NCBI GenBank assembly: GCA_025558095.1
Contig: JAIVFI010000006.1
Location: forward strand, 744,001 to 808,000
DNA from: Hyaloraphidium curvatum SAG 235-1
Taxonomy: Eukaryota; Fungi; Monoblepharomycota
Length of the DNA: 64,000 nt
Reading direction: 5' to 3'
Shown: one piece after another, positions 1-10,891 of the stretch
Numbering within the stretch: position 1 is the first letter of the stretch
Layout of the letters: the number at the start of each line of letters is the position of its first letter
Notes under the pieces: model-generated
Seen by the model: the letters and a program-made list of their open reading frames with translations, nothing else
What the model was told of the DNA's origin: nothing
The model's database searches: none
Program-made: the position numbers and the translations under genes

Positions 1-1287
1 CGCTCCGGGAACCACGATCGTGAAGTTTGATGCCAGATTCTCCACGGTCACGCGGAACCACTTGGACGTGCCGACGTCTTCGCTGCGCTCCACCATCACA
101 TCGAGACCCGGAACGTTGTACACCACGACGTCCCCGGGGGCAGGCGCCCACGTCCCCCCGGTGATCGAGTTCGGGTCCCCGCCGGGATACGTGAGCGCAT
201 CCGAGTAGCTCCTTATCGCGGCGGTGCACTGCCCAGCGACCGAGGGCGCCGTGACCGAGTTCCCCAGGAGGAACTCGGGCTTGCCGATCGCCGGGTTGCG
301 CGCCACCGCGAGGAATGCCAGGTCCCAGGTCCCGCCGCCGCCAAGCCTATACACGAGCGTCACCACGCCGTTGTCGATCAGGAACCCGTCCGTCGCGTGC
401 GCGCCGCACTCGTTCATGCCCAGGATCTGCCGGTCCGTCGGGATGTACCCCCCGCCGATGCTCCAGCGGGTGATCAGGATGGGCGCCGCCATGGCATTGC
501 ACACCTCGGCCGCGACGGTGTCCAGTGAGCCGAATGGCAGGAGGCCGCCGCCTATCGTGGGGATGGAAATCGGGCAGGCAAAGCCCGCGACGGGGGAGGG
601 CAGCAGCCCCTGCGTGTGCGTCCACACGAAGGCGTCGCAGCACCAGGTGTTTGCCTGCTGGTAGCCATTGTCCCCGAGCAGGGAGACCATCTTGGCGGAA
701 CCGCACTGCAACGATGGGCTCTTAAAGTGGGCGTACTGCCCCGCCGTGGCGCAATCCTCGCCGGGAGCGGGCCAGACGCACGCCGTGCCAGCTTCGTTGA
801 GCAGGCACGAGGGATCGGCGTTGTCCCCGTAGAGCATCACGGGGGTTTGCACATCGCCGACGCAGGCGTAGCGCGGCGGCGTCTGAGGGACCTGTGAGCA
901 CCACCCCTGCGAGCCATCGTCCCCGAAAGCCGCCAGATGCTCCTCGCCGCAGATCAGTGCCGTTTCGTTGGTGATGTCCGGCAGAGTGTGGAACGCCTGG
1001 GCGCAGTCCTCGAAGGTCGGGAACCACTGACAGTTGGTCCCGTCGGGCGCGTAGCAGGCCGCACGCTGGTGCCCAGCGACGCCGAGGTAGGCGACGGCCG
1101 CGGAGGGGGGGCCGGGGAGGCAGCCGTCCCACGGGGGCAGGATCACGATGCGCCTGTCGAGGGCGTGCGGCGGGGAACCGGGGGGATGGGGAATCGAGGC
1201 GCCGTCGCAGGCGTCGAGGGCCGCCGCCAGGGCCGCTGCCAGGGCCACCAGCGGTGCGAAAGCCGCGAGCGTTGCACGTCGCCCCAT
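1..1287 (-). CDS. Secreted Cys-rich protein with two N-terminal disulfide-type repeats; 3' end runs off the window
   Basis: Manual translation from ATG 1287: MGRRATLAAFAPLVALAAALAAALDAC (signal peptide), then CYAPDGTNCQW..C..LICGEEH..FGDDG..WC and CLLNEAGTACVW..C..LQCG..GDNGY..WC. Frame is open to base 1, so it is absent from the ORF track. Confidence 0.75.
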   Translation of the reverse strand, partial: MGRRATLAAFAPLVALAAALAAALDACDGASIPHPPGSPPHALDRRIVILPPWDGCLPGPPSAAVAYLGVAGHQRAACYAPDGTNCQWFPTFEDCAQAFHTLPDITNETALICGEEHLAAFGDDGSQGWCSQVPQTPPRYACVGDVQTPVMLYGDNADPSCLLNEAGTACVWPAPGEDCATAGQYAHFKSPSLQCGSAKMVSLLGDNGYQQANTWCCDAFVWTHTQGLLPSPVAGFACPISIPTIGGGLLPFGSLDTVAAEVCNAMAAPILITRWSIGGGYIPTDRQILGMNECGAHATDGFLIDNGVVTLVYRLGGGGTWDLAFLAVARNPAIGKPEFLLGNSVTAPSVAGQCTAAIRSYSDALTYPGGDPNSITGGTWAPAPGDVVVYNVPGLDVMVERSEDVGTSKWFRVTVENLASNFTIVVPGA

Positions 1288-1562
1288 CTACGTGGTTGGA
1301 CTCGGGGATTGTGTCCTTTCTTGCGGGTGGCGGAAGGCGTCATCCCTCAAATTAGATTCGGGCGGGTTTTCGACAGCTTTGACCGAGATCTCGCAGTTCA
1401 TGTGGGAGAGTCCGTCAAGTACGACGCGAAACATCTCCAATTCGAAGCGGTCCGCACATTTTTTCTTGGGATGGCCAGTTTCGCCGATTGCGTGGGCCTA
1501 ATGTCAGCACCAGAACGAAGGCGGGGCCGTACATCGAGCCGTTTGTTGAATCCGCGATTCAT

Positions 1563-1958
1563 TCAATCGAGAGACAGAGCTTTGGCATCACCGACATCCA
1601 CCACGCCTTCTCCGGCAATGGTCCGTATCCAGTGCTTGCCGCCCTCGACCCACGCCTCGGCCTCCTGGAACCTTAGTCGTCGCGCTTTGCCCATGTACAG
1701 GCCCTTGGACGTCACCACCACGTCCTCCGGCCCGTGGACCTCCAGGATTCCCGTCCACCCTGGTGTTCCCCCGACCGAGAGCACCAGGTCCAGCCTGTCG
1801 CCCTCCGCCGACGCCGATTCGACCTGGTAGTCAATGTCGTTGGGCCTGACGATGGCCGCCTTCCAGAAGCGGATGTTGCCGAAGGGTTTTCGGAGGAAGT
1901 CTCTGGTGACGAGGTCCGCGGCGAGGCCGGCCTTGACGGCGCGGTCGCGCGTGCCCAT
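1563..1958 (-). CDS. Small intronless hypothetical beta-rich protein
   Basis: 131-aa ATG ORF with globular, non-low-complexity composition (GNIRFWKAAIVRPNDIDYQV...); no recognised family. Confidence 0.55.
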   Translation of the reverse strand: MGTRDRAVKAGLAADLVTRDFLRKPFGNIRFWKAAIVRPNDIDYQVESASAEGDRLDLVLSVGGTPGWTGILEVHGPEDVVVTSKGLYMGKARRLRFQEAEAWVEGGKHWIRTIAGEGVVDVGDAKALSLD

Positions 1959-2351
1959 TCCCGGCGATGCGCGATCCCACGCGTCGCTGGAGCTGCTGAG
2001 CGCGACGGGAAGCGGAGAATCGCGTGTGGGTGGAGATCGGAGGCAGGATCGCGTCCGTGGTCGCGTTCGATGCTCCGAGGATCAAAAGGCGGTTCGGAAA
2101 GGACAGGGAAGCGCACTCCGCGCAAATCCCCGAGCGGGAAATAAGCCGGCACCGATTTCACGGAGCTTTCGGTTTCTTCAGCGTGTCTGCGGGGTGTGGC
2201 CACGACCCGACACGGGTCGCGTCGTTTAGCCGAAATCGCGCACGCCCGAAGTGACGTTGCGCCCGATCCGCCGATTCGTCTCCCGCGCAGACGCGGTCAT
2301 CGCGCTCGACTAGAAGACTTACAAGGGGGCGCGCCGCCTAATCTGCCCGCG

Positions 2352-3856
2352 ATGGCCGCCGTCTTCGCCCTCGCGCTGCTCCTCCTCGCGGCGCCCGCCC
2401 GCGCAGCGCTGCCCGACTACTCGCAGCCCGGCCCGTTCCCGGCCGCCCAGCGCCAGATCGCTGTCAGCGGCGTCAATAACGCGCAGTTTACCGCCGAAGT
2501 GTTCTACCCCGGCACGGCTGCCGCCGTCAACGGCACCAAGCTCCCGATCCTCAGCTACGCGCACGGGTACCTCGGCCCCGTGGTCACCTACGTTTCGTTC
2601 CTGCGGCACCTCGCGAGCTGGGGCATCCTCTCCGTGGCCACCAATTCCGAGGGGGGACCGACGCCGAACCAGACGCAGTATGCATATGATATCCTGAGCT
2701 GCTTTGACGCCGTCGCCTCGGACCCGTTCTTCGCGCCGGCCATCGACCTCAACAAGAAGGCCGTCGGCGGCCACAGCATGGTCAGTACTCCTCTTCCCGT
2801 CCGTTGGCAGTTGCTGACCAGGCTTACAGGGCGGGGGCTCCTCCATCGCCGCGGCCTGGCTCGACAAGCAACAGAACAACGGCTCCACGACCCTCAAGGC
2901 CTACCTCGGCCACGCCGCCGCCGGCAGCCGGCTCCTCGTCGACGGGCAAAACCTGACGGCCGTGCAGCTCATCCGCGACCTGGACCTGCCGATCAGGCTG
3001 GTCTCGGCCACGGGGGACACCAGTGGGTTTCCGCGTCTCTGATGATCCCGCTCGATCAAGGCTGATTGGCGGCCCAGTCGTCCCGTACGCGACCAACCTC
3101 GCCATGTACAACAACGCGAGCAACGCCCCGGCCCAGCTCGTGGGCGTTGAGGGCGCCGGCCACTGCGCCTTCATCGACGTGGGCCCCGCCTTCTTCCAGC
3201 CCTCCACGAGATTCTCATCGCCCATCCGTTCCCGCGCAGATCGAGTTCACCGTCCCCCTCTGCGGCGCCGAGACGCTCCCCCGCGCCACCGCCCGCCCGC
3301 TGATCCGCAAGCTGAGTACCGAGTTCCTGCTGCTGCACCAGAACGGCCTGCCGCCCAACCCGGACGCCAACGGACCCAACGAGCTCTGGAACGCCGTGTG
3401 GGGCCCGGGACTGCAGAATCAGCCGCAGTACAGTGGGTTTTCCGCCGGACGTGTTGCCGGTCGGCTGCTGATTTGCCCCCGAAAGTCACCGCCAACCTCT
3501 CGGACCCCAAGTTCTCTCTCGTCCCCTCCGGCTCCTCCTCCGTCGTCCTCCGTTCCACCTTCCCCACCCAGCAGGTGTACTCCCTCTCCGCCAACAACCC
3601 GTCCACCCTCAGCGCGCGCAACGTCACCCTCCCCGGCAACGGCAGCGTGACGATCGCCTCTGGGGACAATGTTCCGGCGGGGATCATCAGGGCGGTCAGG
3701 ATCACGACCGGGGACGGGGACGGGGTGACGGGCGGGGTGCTGCAGATCAACGGGACGACGACGACGACGACGAGGCCGTCTGGCGCGGGGAGGGACGGAG
3801 TGGGGGCGCAGGGCGCCATTTTGGTCGTCGCGGCGGCGATGGTGGTGTTTGCGTGA
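2352..3856 (+). CDS. Secreted alpha/beta hydrolase (chlorophyllase/cutinase-like) with C-terminal hydrophobic, GPI-like tail; multi-exon
   Basis: Signal peptide; PGPF, VFYP and HGYLG motifs; nucleophile elbow GHSM|GGG joined across an intron at about 2781-2829; GAGHCAF catalytic His; Thr-rich stalk then hydrophobic tail. Confidence 0.8.
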
Positions 3857-3924
3857 TCATGGACCCGCTGCGAAGGGGGAAAAAAAGGCTTGTAGGAACG
3901 TAATGGTATTTGCTGATCCGATCG

Positions 3925-4728
3925 TCATCTTTTCCCGAGCAGGTTCTTCAGGGCCTTGGCCTTGAGCACCTTCCGGACCACGCGGAAGGTGAGGCTGACC
4001 CTCGTACCCCTCCCGATCGTCCGCTCCCCCTGCCACGGGTTCAGCAGCAACCCTCTGATCCCGCTACCACCGCCTTCGGTCCCCGTTCCCTGAGAAGAAT
4101 ACTCTTCCAATGTCAAAGCGTAGGAATCCAGCGAGTCCTCGGCGCGCTCGGCGATCGCGTGGCGGTATCGCGAGTACAGCGGGTCCAGCTGGACGTACAG
4201 CGACCCCGGCGGCACGTGCACCGCGAACCGCGTCGGGTACCTTTTCCCGTCATCGGCCGTCCAGAACAGCGCATCGCCGCCGGGGTCTGCCGCCGCGTCC
4301 GCGATGAGCTCGAAATCGAGCACGCAGTGCGCGCCGAGGGACAGCGTGGCGACGCAGGGGAAGTAGAGCGGGCCGTCGGTGTGCCCCAGGATGCCCTGGC
4401 CGGGCAGGTACTCGTTCACCAGCAGGTGGTTCGGCGCCGCGCCCTCCCCGGACGCGTCCGGGGCGCCTGCGAGGTCGAACACGCGCAACGAAGCGAGCTT
4501 CCCGCAGATCGGGACCGACCAGTTCGGCAGCGGTTCGGGCAGCATGCCCTGCGGGGAGGGAACGCCGCCCCACTGCTGCAGGCGCCGGTTGGAGAGCTGT
4601 TTCCACTTTGGTTGCGGCGCCGAGTTGACGCGTTCGACGAGCCGCGCCGACTCCTCCGGCCCGCAGAACGCCTCGAAAAGCGCGAATGTCGGCGGGCACG
4701 GCGCATCGTGCGCGGGGAGCGCGTCCAT
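3925..4728 (-). CDS. ALKBH6: AlkB-family 2OG-Fe(II) dioxygenase, ALKBH6-like
   Basis: KWKQLSNRRLQQWGG, PNHLLVNEYLPGQGILGHTDGPLYFP (HxD), YRHAI, RVSLTFR. Confidence 0.88.
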   Translation of the reverse strand: MDALPAHDAPCPPTFALFEAFCGPEESARLVERVNSAPQPKWKQLSNRRLQQWGGVPSPQGMLPEPLPNWSVPICGKLASLRVFDLAGAPDASGEGAAPNHLLVNEYLPGQGILGHTDGPLYFPCVATLSLGAHCVLDFELIADAAADPGGDALFWTADDGKRYPTRFAVHVPPGSLYVQLDPLYSRYRHAIAERAEDSLDSYALTLEEYSSQGTGTEGGGSGIRGLLLNPWQGERTIGRGTRVSLTFRVVRKVLKAKALKNLLGKR

Positions 4729-5171
4729 CGCGGGGGATGCGGAGCGGCCGGTTCGGGGTCCGTTGGGTGGTGACTCCACAGCTGTCAACACGACTCCCCG
4801 ATCTTCGGCGGTCAAGGCCGGGAAACATGCATCCCAGGAGCCATCCGCATCATCGAATAATGGTTGGAAAGCTGTATCGTCGATCTTGGGGTTGGCTTGG
4901 CGGGGTCCCCGTTTGGCAGGCGGGGGCAATCCCGGGCCGCACCGCTTGCTCAGCCGTCCATCGCCGTCTCTGCCGAAGCGAATCCGAGCCCTAGGCCGGT
5001 CCCTGCGAAAGTGGGCGAGTGCTGGCGCTGGCGACCGGCTTTGGCAACCGCAATTTGGTCCCTGAAGCGCGGTAAGGACCCCTTCAAACAGGACCTGCCG
5101 CATTTCCACACCCTCGCCGGTCCCCCGCCGTTTCCAACCCCTCCCCGCCGTCGCCAGACCTCTCCGCAACA

Positions 5172-6127
5172 ATGGGTGTTCTGTTGGTATATCTGCGCGC
5201 CGGCGCGGCCCTCGCTGACGCCGCCCCGTCTCGCAGGAACTGCTGTGGCCGATTTACGCTCTTCGTCGTGTGCTTGATCATGCTGGCTATCGGCATCGCC
5301 TCCATCGTCATCGGCTCGTGAGTTTTGGACGGGCAGAGCGCGGGCGGCGGCCGCGGCCGTCCCCCGCCGCGGACGGATCTCACCGGTTCCAATCTCTCCC
5401 CGCAGGTACGGCGTGGCCCGCTTCCAGTCGGGCGGCAACATCGTTCTCGGCGGTTTCATTGCGTTTATTGTACTGGGTGCCCTCGCCTCGATCTCGGCCG
5501 GTGGGTTGCCCCGCCGCCTGTCGCCGCTCCCCATCGCCCGTGCTGAGCCGCCCGGTTCCCTCCCCAGTGGTCGGCTTCGCCTGCACCTGCACCTCCGTGC
5601 GTCTCTCTTGCTGCCCAGACCTCCCTCCCCACTCACGCCCTGCCCGCCCGCCCACAGAAGAGGGGGCCGTTCAACGCCCTGCGCGTCCTTCTGATCCTGA
5701 CCCTGATCGCCGCCGCCGCCGCGGCCGGCCTCGGCACCTACATCTACACCAAGTACGGCAAGCCCACGGACGAGTTCCTCCTCCAAGTGTGGAACGATCT
5801 GCCCCAGTCGGCCAGGGACTCGTTCCAGAACACCTACAACTGCACCGGGTTCGAGGGCTGCCTGCCCAACCTCCGCGACATCGCCCAGTACGCCTCGCTC
5901 GCCACCGTCATCGCCGGCTGGGTGCTGTTTGCCGTCACGGTGCGTGGATTCGCTTGCGCGGGAGGTCGGAACGTGCTGACCCTGACGTCCGCCCGGCGCT
6001 GCCCGTTCGGTGGCCCCCCATCCCGCCGGCATTCCAGCTCATCGCCCTCATCTTCGCCTTCTCGATCAAGGCCAGCGACATCGAGGCCCAGGCGGCGCCC
6101 GTCAAGGTCGGCGGCGAGAAGGTGTAG
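5172..6127 (+). CDS. Tetraspanin-like four-TM protein; multi-exon
   Basis: Four hydrophobic segments across short introns; large loop WNDLPQSARDSFQNTYNCTGFEGC resembles the tetraspanin W..Q..CCG loop. Confidence 0.6.
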
Positions 6128-6475
6128 ACGACGCTACTTTCGGGGTTGGCGGAGCTGGCCCTCCGCCGGGTTTCGTTTATGTACGGTATCCACAGAGTAG
6201 AGTGTTTATCGAGTCGCGTAATCTGCTTGAACCTGGTGCCGCATCTTGCCTTGTCCATAAGAGGTCGTCGTCGAGGCACCTCTGCTCGTCCATTTGATTT
6301 GTCTCCAAGCTTTGCTTCCGCCCCGGCAATGAAGTGTCGTGGTCTAAAAGTGCCACAGCTCGTGTGCATCCGCGGGAATTCAAGTGGATTGGCTCGGAAG
6401 GGCGGTTGGGGGGGGTGGGAGTGATGAAAGTCTTCCGGATCGGCACCGGAAGCGAGTCGGACCGGGCAAACAAAG

Positions 6476-7544
6476 ATGTCCGCCCCCGTTTCGCCGCCAT
6501 CGCCCGGCGGGCGGGCGGTTCACGTGTGTGCCACGACGTCTGCGGTCGCAGCGCAGCTCGGCGACCTCGTGGCGCGGCTGGCCGGCGACGCGGTGCGGCG
6601 GCACGGCAAGTTCACCATCGCGCTCAGCGGCGGCAGCCTGCCGGCGGTGCTCGCGCGCGACCTCAAAAAGCGCGCCGCCGACGTGCACGCCGACAAGTGG
6701 GAGGTGTGGTACGCCGACGAGTGGGGCCGCCGCATCCGATGCTAGCCGGGAACCCGCTGACCCGGCCCGTCTTCCTCCACCCTGCTCGATCACACCCCTT
6801 CCCACCGATCACGCCTTCGCACCGATCAGGCGCTGCGTGCCGCTCACGCACCCGGACTCCAACCACGCGCTGTGCCACCAGGAGCTCTACACCCTCCTCC
6901 CCGCCCTGCGGAACTCGCGCATCCACGCGATCGACGACTCGCTCGCCGGCAACCCCGAGGCGTGCGCGGCGGCGTACGACCGCTCCCTCCGCGCGCACTT
7001 CCGCGATCCCGAGGACCTGGTGGACGCCGCCGGCGGCAAACTGCCCGTGTTCGACGCGATCTTCCTCGGCATGGGCCCGGACGGCCACACCGCGAGCCTG
7101 TTCCCCGGCCACCCCGTGGCGGACTTTGCCGACGCCTCGCCGTGGATCCTGCCCATCACGGACTCGCCCAAGCCGCCGCCGAGCAGGGTCACCATGACCC
7201 TGCCCGTGATCAACGCCGCGCGCAACGTGGTGTTCGTGTGCACCGGCGAGGGCAAGCGCGAGGCGGTCCGGAGCGTGCTGCAGGAAGGCGACGCGGGGAT
7301 CCCGAGCGCCAGGGTGGCTCCGAAGGAGGGAGTGCTCCGGTGGTGGCTCGACGAGGCGGCGGCGGGGCTTCTCGACAGGGAGAAGGTGGCGGTGGCGGAC
7401 TACAGAGCCAAGGTGGGACTGCCGCCGGCCGCGCCGGCCACGCCGTTAGGGTTGGGGTTATCCGTGGGGGAGAGCAAGTAGGTCGGCCGAGCCGCGGCAG
7501 CCGAGGGACGCTGACGCGCGGCTGCGGCAAAAAACAGGATGTAG
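6476..7544 (+). CDS. PGLS: 6-phosphogluconolactonase (SOL/PGLS); stop at 7481 if the last intron is retained, 7544 if spliced
   Basis: IALSGGSLP, ADE|RCVPLTHPDSN across an intron, LGMGPDGHTASLFPGH, SPKPPPSRVTMTLPVIN. Confidence 0.93.
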
Positions 7545-7832
7545 AAGCGGGAACTGGCAATGACTTCTTGTACTGGACACGTGCGGAAAAGACACCGACG
7601 ACTCTTTCTCACAAGTTTTTTTTGATGCCGATGCGATAGATAGACTGATAGATACTCAATGAATGAAGATCTCGAGCTCTCGTTACGTTACTAGCATTTT
7701 GTCATGCAATGCAGGCCACGGCAGCGGCAGCACCGCACCGACTCATCGATCGCCAAATCATCCCCGCTCCCCAAGCTCTTCACGCCTCTTCCTCCGTTTG
7801 ATTCGACACCGGATACCCCTCCTGCCCGCGCA

Positions 7833-8380
7833 ATGTCCCGCCCGTCGCTCGCCCTCCTGCTCTCCCTCCTCCTGCTCGCCGGCTCCGCCGCTTCGCACAT
7901 CGTCCACGTCGGCGTCGGCGGAACGCCGAACCCCATTCAGTACTACGATCCCGTGACGACCATCAGCGCCGGCGACACCGTGGTAGGCAGCTTGTCAACT
8001 GGGTGGTCGGCGTCGGCCTGCCGTGGTCGCTGATCGCGCCGTCCTCGCAGGTGTGGAACTGGACCGGCCCACTGCAGCACTCCGTCACCCAGACCACGGC
8101 CGCGGGTTCGTGCGTGCAGTGGGGACCGGGCTTCGACTCGGGGCCCCAGATGGCGCCCTTCAGCTACGCCGTGGTGAGTCTGGCGCCTCGTTTCCTGGAC
8201 GATCCGGCCAGCTGATCACAGCTCCATCCGCAGTACTTCATCACACCGGGAACCTACCACTACGTTCGTGATCCCTCCCTTGCAATGTGTTGTTTTCAGC
8301 TCACGGACGTATGCTCCTAGTTCTGCAGGTTCCCGGGGCACTGCGAGGCCGGAATGGTCGGCCAGATTATCGTCACTTGA
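7833..8380 (+). CDS. Small secreted cupredoxin (type-1 blue copper protein); 3 introns
   Basis: Signal peptide; spliced product GDTV|VWNW..QHSVTQ...GTYHY|FCRFPGHCEAGMVG gives the His/Cys/His/Met ligand set. Confidence 0.8.
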
Positions 8381-8474
8381 CGCCTCCTCTCCTCTCGTCT
8401 TGACTCGCCGGTGATAGAACGCGATCACCTTTGGGGAATCTTTTGCGGAAAGTCTTTGGAATCTCTTTGGCCGG

Positions 8475-9752
8475 TCAATACAGTTCGTCTGCCATGTACA
8501 GATCCCCTTCGTCGGAACCATCGTCGTCAGATTCATCCTCCACCTCGTTTTCGTCCTCATCCTCCGTGAAACCGACGACGCTCCCCATCCTCTCGGCCCA
8601 CGTCTCCAGCATCTCCAGTGCAGCCTCTCCTCCCGCCCTCTGCTCCTCGCCATCCTCGTCCTGGAGGCACACCTCGGCCCCGTGCCCGATCCACAGCCGC
8701 ACCTCGTCCTGCATCCGCTCCAGATCCTCCTCGTCGCCCGGCAGGCCCTCGCCCGTGAATCGGAGCACGATCGTTATTGTGCAGTCCGGCACGCGCGCTA
8801 GCGAAGCCGCGGCCTGCCGCACGCCGGCCTCGGGATCGTGCAGGGTGGGGATCAGGTCCGTTATGAGCAGCTTGCGGAGGTTGGGCGGCAGACCGGAGAT
8901 GAGAAGGTCGGTGCTGTCGAGCCCGGCGACCGTGACCTCCAAGACGGAACTGCACCCGACGACCGCTTCCCATGCGTTGCCGATCGAGTGGGAAAAGGGC
9001 GCCGGGCCCGAATGTTCGATGGTCCTGGGGGCAAAGTGCCCGGCTTCGCGGAGCAGGAACGCAAGCAGCTGCGGGTTCGCCGCGTACCACGTCGTGATTT
9101 TGGGCAGCAGCGGCCACGACAGCAGATGCCTTTCGCTCCCGCCCACGGGGCGGTACCAGTCGGCCGAAATCTCCTCCACGTGGGGACAGCACCGCGCAAA
9201 GGCGTCCAGGACGGTGCGGTCGATGTTGCCGCAGAGGCCCAGCTTCCGAAGCGAGGGGAGGGCAAAGTCGATGGCCGGCGACACGGGCCGGCTCCAGCCC
9301 GCGAGGGTGAGCGTGAGCTCCTCGAGCTTCGGGAGCGGGATGCTCGCGAACTTGACGACGTCGGCGTGCTCCAGAAATCCTATGCCCAGCCAGCGGAGCG
9401 ACGAGCAACGCGGAAGAATGGCGGCGTCGAGGACCTTTCCGGCCGACCGGGGGGATATAGACATCCGCGAGACCTCTGAAAACTTTCCGACATCCAAGAA
9501 ATCCTGGGCAAGCGCCGCGATACGGTCCGTAGACACGCTTCTGAACGGGAGACCGCCCTCGTCCGTTTGAGAGCGCGACGCGTCGTCGAACACGCGCGCC
9601 ACGGCCCCCGGCAGCAACACCACGTGCCAGTCTCGGCATGCAAACGCCATCTTCACTTGCGTCCGAACATCGGTGATGGCCGCTATAGCCAGCAAAAGCT
9701 CAACGGGCAGGGTGGCGTCGTCCTTGTCCGCCCCCGGCTCCGAATGCTCCAT
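8475..9752 (-). CDS. F-box protein with LRR-like C-terminal region and acidic tail
   Basis: LPVELLLAI...MAFACRDWH F-box-like motif; LPKLEELTL, LPSLRKLGL, CPHVEEI, LPPNLRKLLI repeats. Confidence 0.7.
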   Translation of the reverse strand: MEHSEPGADKDDATLPVELLLAIAAITDVRTQVKMAFACRDWHVVLLPGAVARVFDDASRSQTDEGGLPFRSVSTDRIAALAQDFLDVGKFSEVSRMSISPRSAGKVLDAAILPRCSSLRWLGIGFLEHADVVKFASIPLPKLEELTLTLAGWSRPVSPAIDFALPSLRKLGLCGNIDRTVLDAFARCCPHVEEISADWYRPVGGSERHLLSWPLLPKITTWYAANPQLLAFLLREAGHFAPRTIEHSGPAPFSHSIGNAWEAVVGCSSVLEVTVAGLDSTDLLISGLPPNLRKLLITDLIPTLHDPEAGVRQAAASLARVPDCTITIVLRFTGEGLPGDEEDLERMQDEVRLWIGHGAEVCLQDEDGEEQRAGGEAALEMLETWAERMGSVVGFTEDEDENEVEDESDDDGSDEGDLYMADELY

Positions 9753-9993
9753 CCCGCCGCCGACCACGGGGCTAGCCAGGAAAACACTGGTACAATGCTC
9801 GAGAGCAAATTTGAGGCACAGATTTGGGGAACACCGCGCTTCAAAGTGCCGTGACTCCGCGAGGAATGGCGCGACGCGCGCGCGGCGCGCAGGTCGTGCA
9901 AACTCAAACTCCGACACGCAACAGGGGCGCCGCGCTTTCCATTCGTGCGCCGCGCTTGCGCTGTACCGACAAAAAGAGTCTCAGACACCCACG

Positions 9994-10786
9994 ATGGCCG
10001 CCGCGACGAACGGGCTGCCCACGCCCAAGTTCCGGCTCTTCACGTTACCCAACTCGCCCTACGCCCGAAAAGTCATCCTGACCCTGAAGTCTCTCAAGCT
10101 CCCGTTCGAGATTAGCGAGGAGGACGAGTCTCATTTCTCGGCGTCCTTCGAGGCCCTCGGGCCCATCCGCAAGGCTCCGGTCCTCGTTGACTCGTCAACG
10201 GAGCCCCCAACTGTTGTCCCGGATTCTACATTGATCCTTGAGTACTTGGATGACGTGGTTGGCAACATCTGGGGTGGCGGGGCCGCGAAAGAGAAGCTGT
10301 TGGTACCCTGCAGCACTTCCCGAACAACGAAGCTGATCCTGGTGACGACAGGCGAGCCCGCATCCTCGAGGAGGAAAGCGACCTTCTTGCTGAAGAGGCC
10401 ACGCTGCTCGCCCGTGACCGCCTCGTGCTCAACACGTCTGCGGCCGCGTCCCCGCTCTTCCTGCGCGGCGCCGAGGCACGCGAAAACCGCATCGCCCGCA
10501 TCCTCGGCCAGCTCGATAGCGAAATCGCCGACTCGGCCCAGGCGGATTCCGGTGCCAGGGGAGGGCTGGATGCCAACAAGCCGGGGGTGCCCGAGTTCGC
10601 CGCCGTATCGGCCCTCGGCCACCTGAGCTGGAAGGTCGGTGACGAGTGGCGCCAGGCCTATCCGAGGCTTGCGAGGTTCGCGGTGAGTCTTTATCGAACG
10701 TCCTTGGTATCTGGTTTGTTGACTAGCAACCGCAGGACGAGATGCAGGCACACCCTGACGTTCGTGCGACGAACCCGAAAGTGTAG
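9994..10786 (+). CDS. Glutathione S-transferase family protein; 2 introns
   Basis: SPYARKV, PIRKAPVL, DSTLILEYLD; C-terminal WRQAYPRLARF. Confidence 0.85.
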
Positions 10787-10891
10787 ATTCCGAGCATGTT
10801 TCAGCATTCTCAACATTGAGTTCTAGCTAGATGACCACAAGATGGCTCCATGTTCTGCAGACTTGACTTGCTTCCCGTCCTCCGCGCCCGA

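Noticed and set aside
2352-3856. PETase call based on GHSMGGG
   Set aside because: The motif is shared by many alpha/beta hydrolases; substrate cannot be inferred
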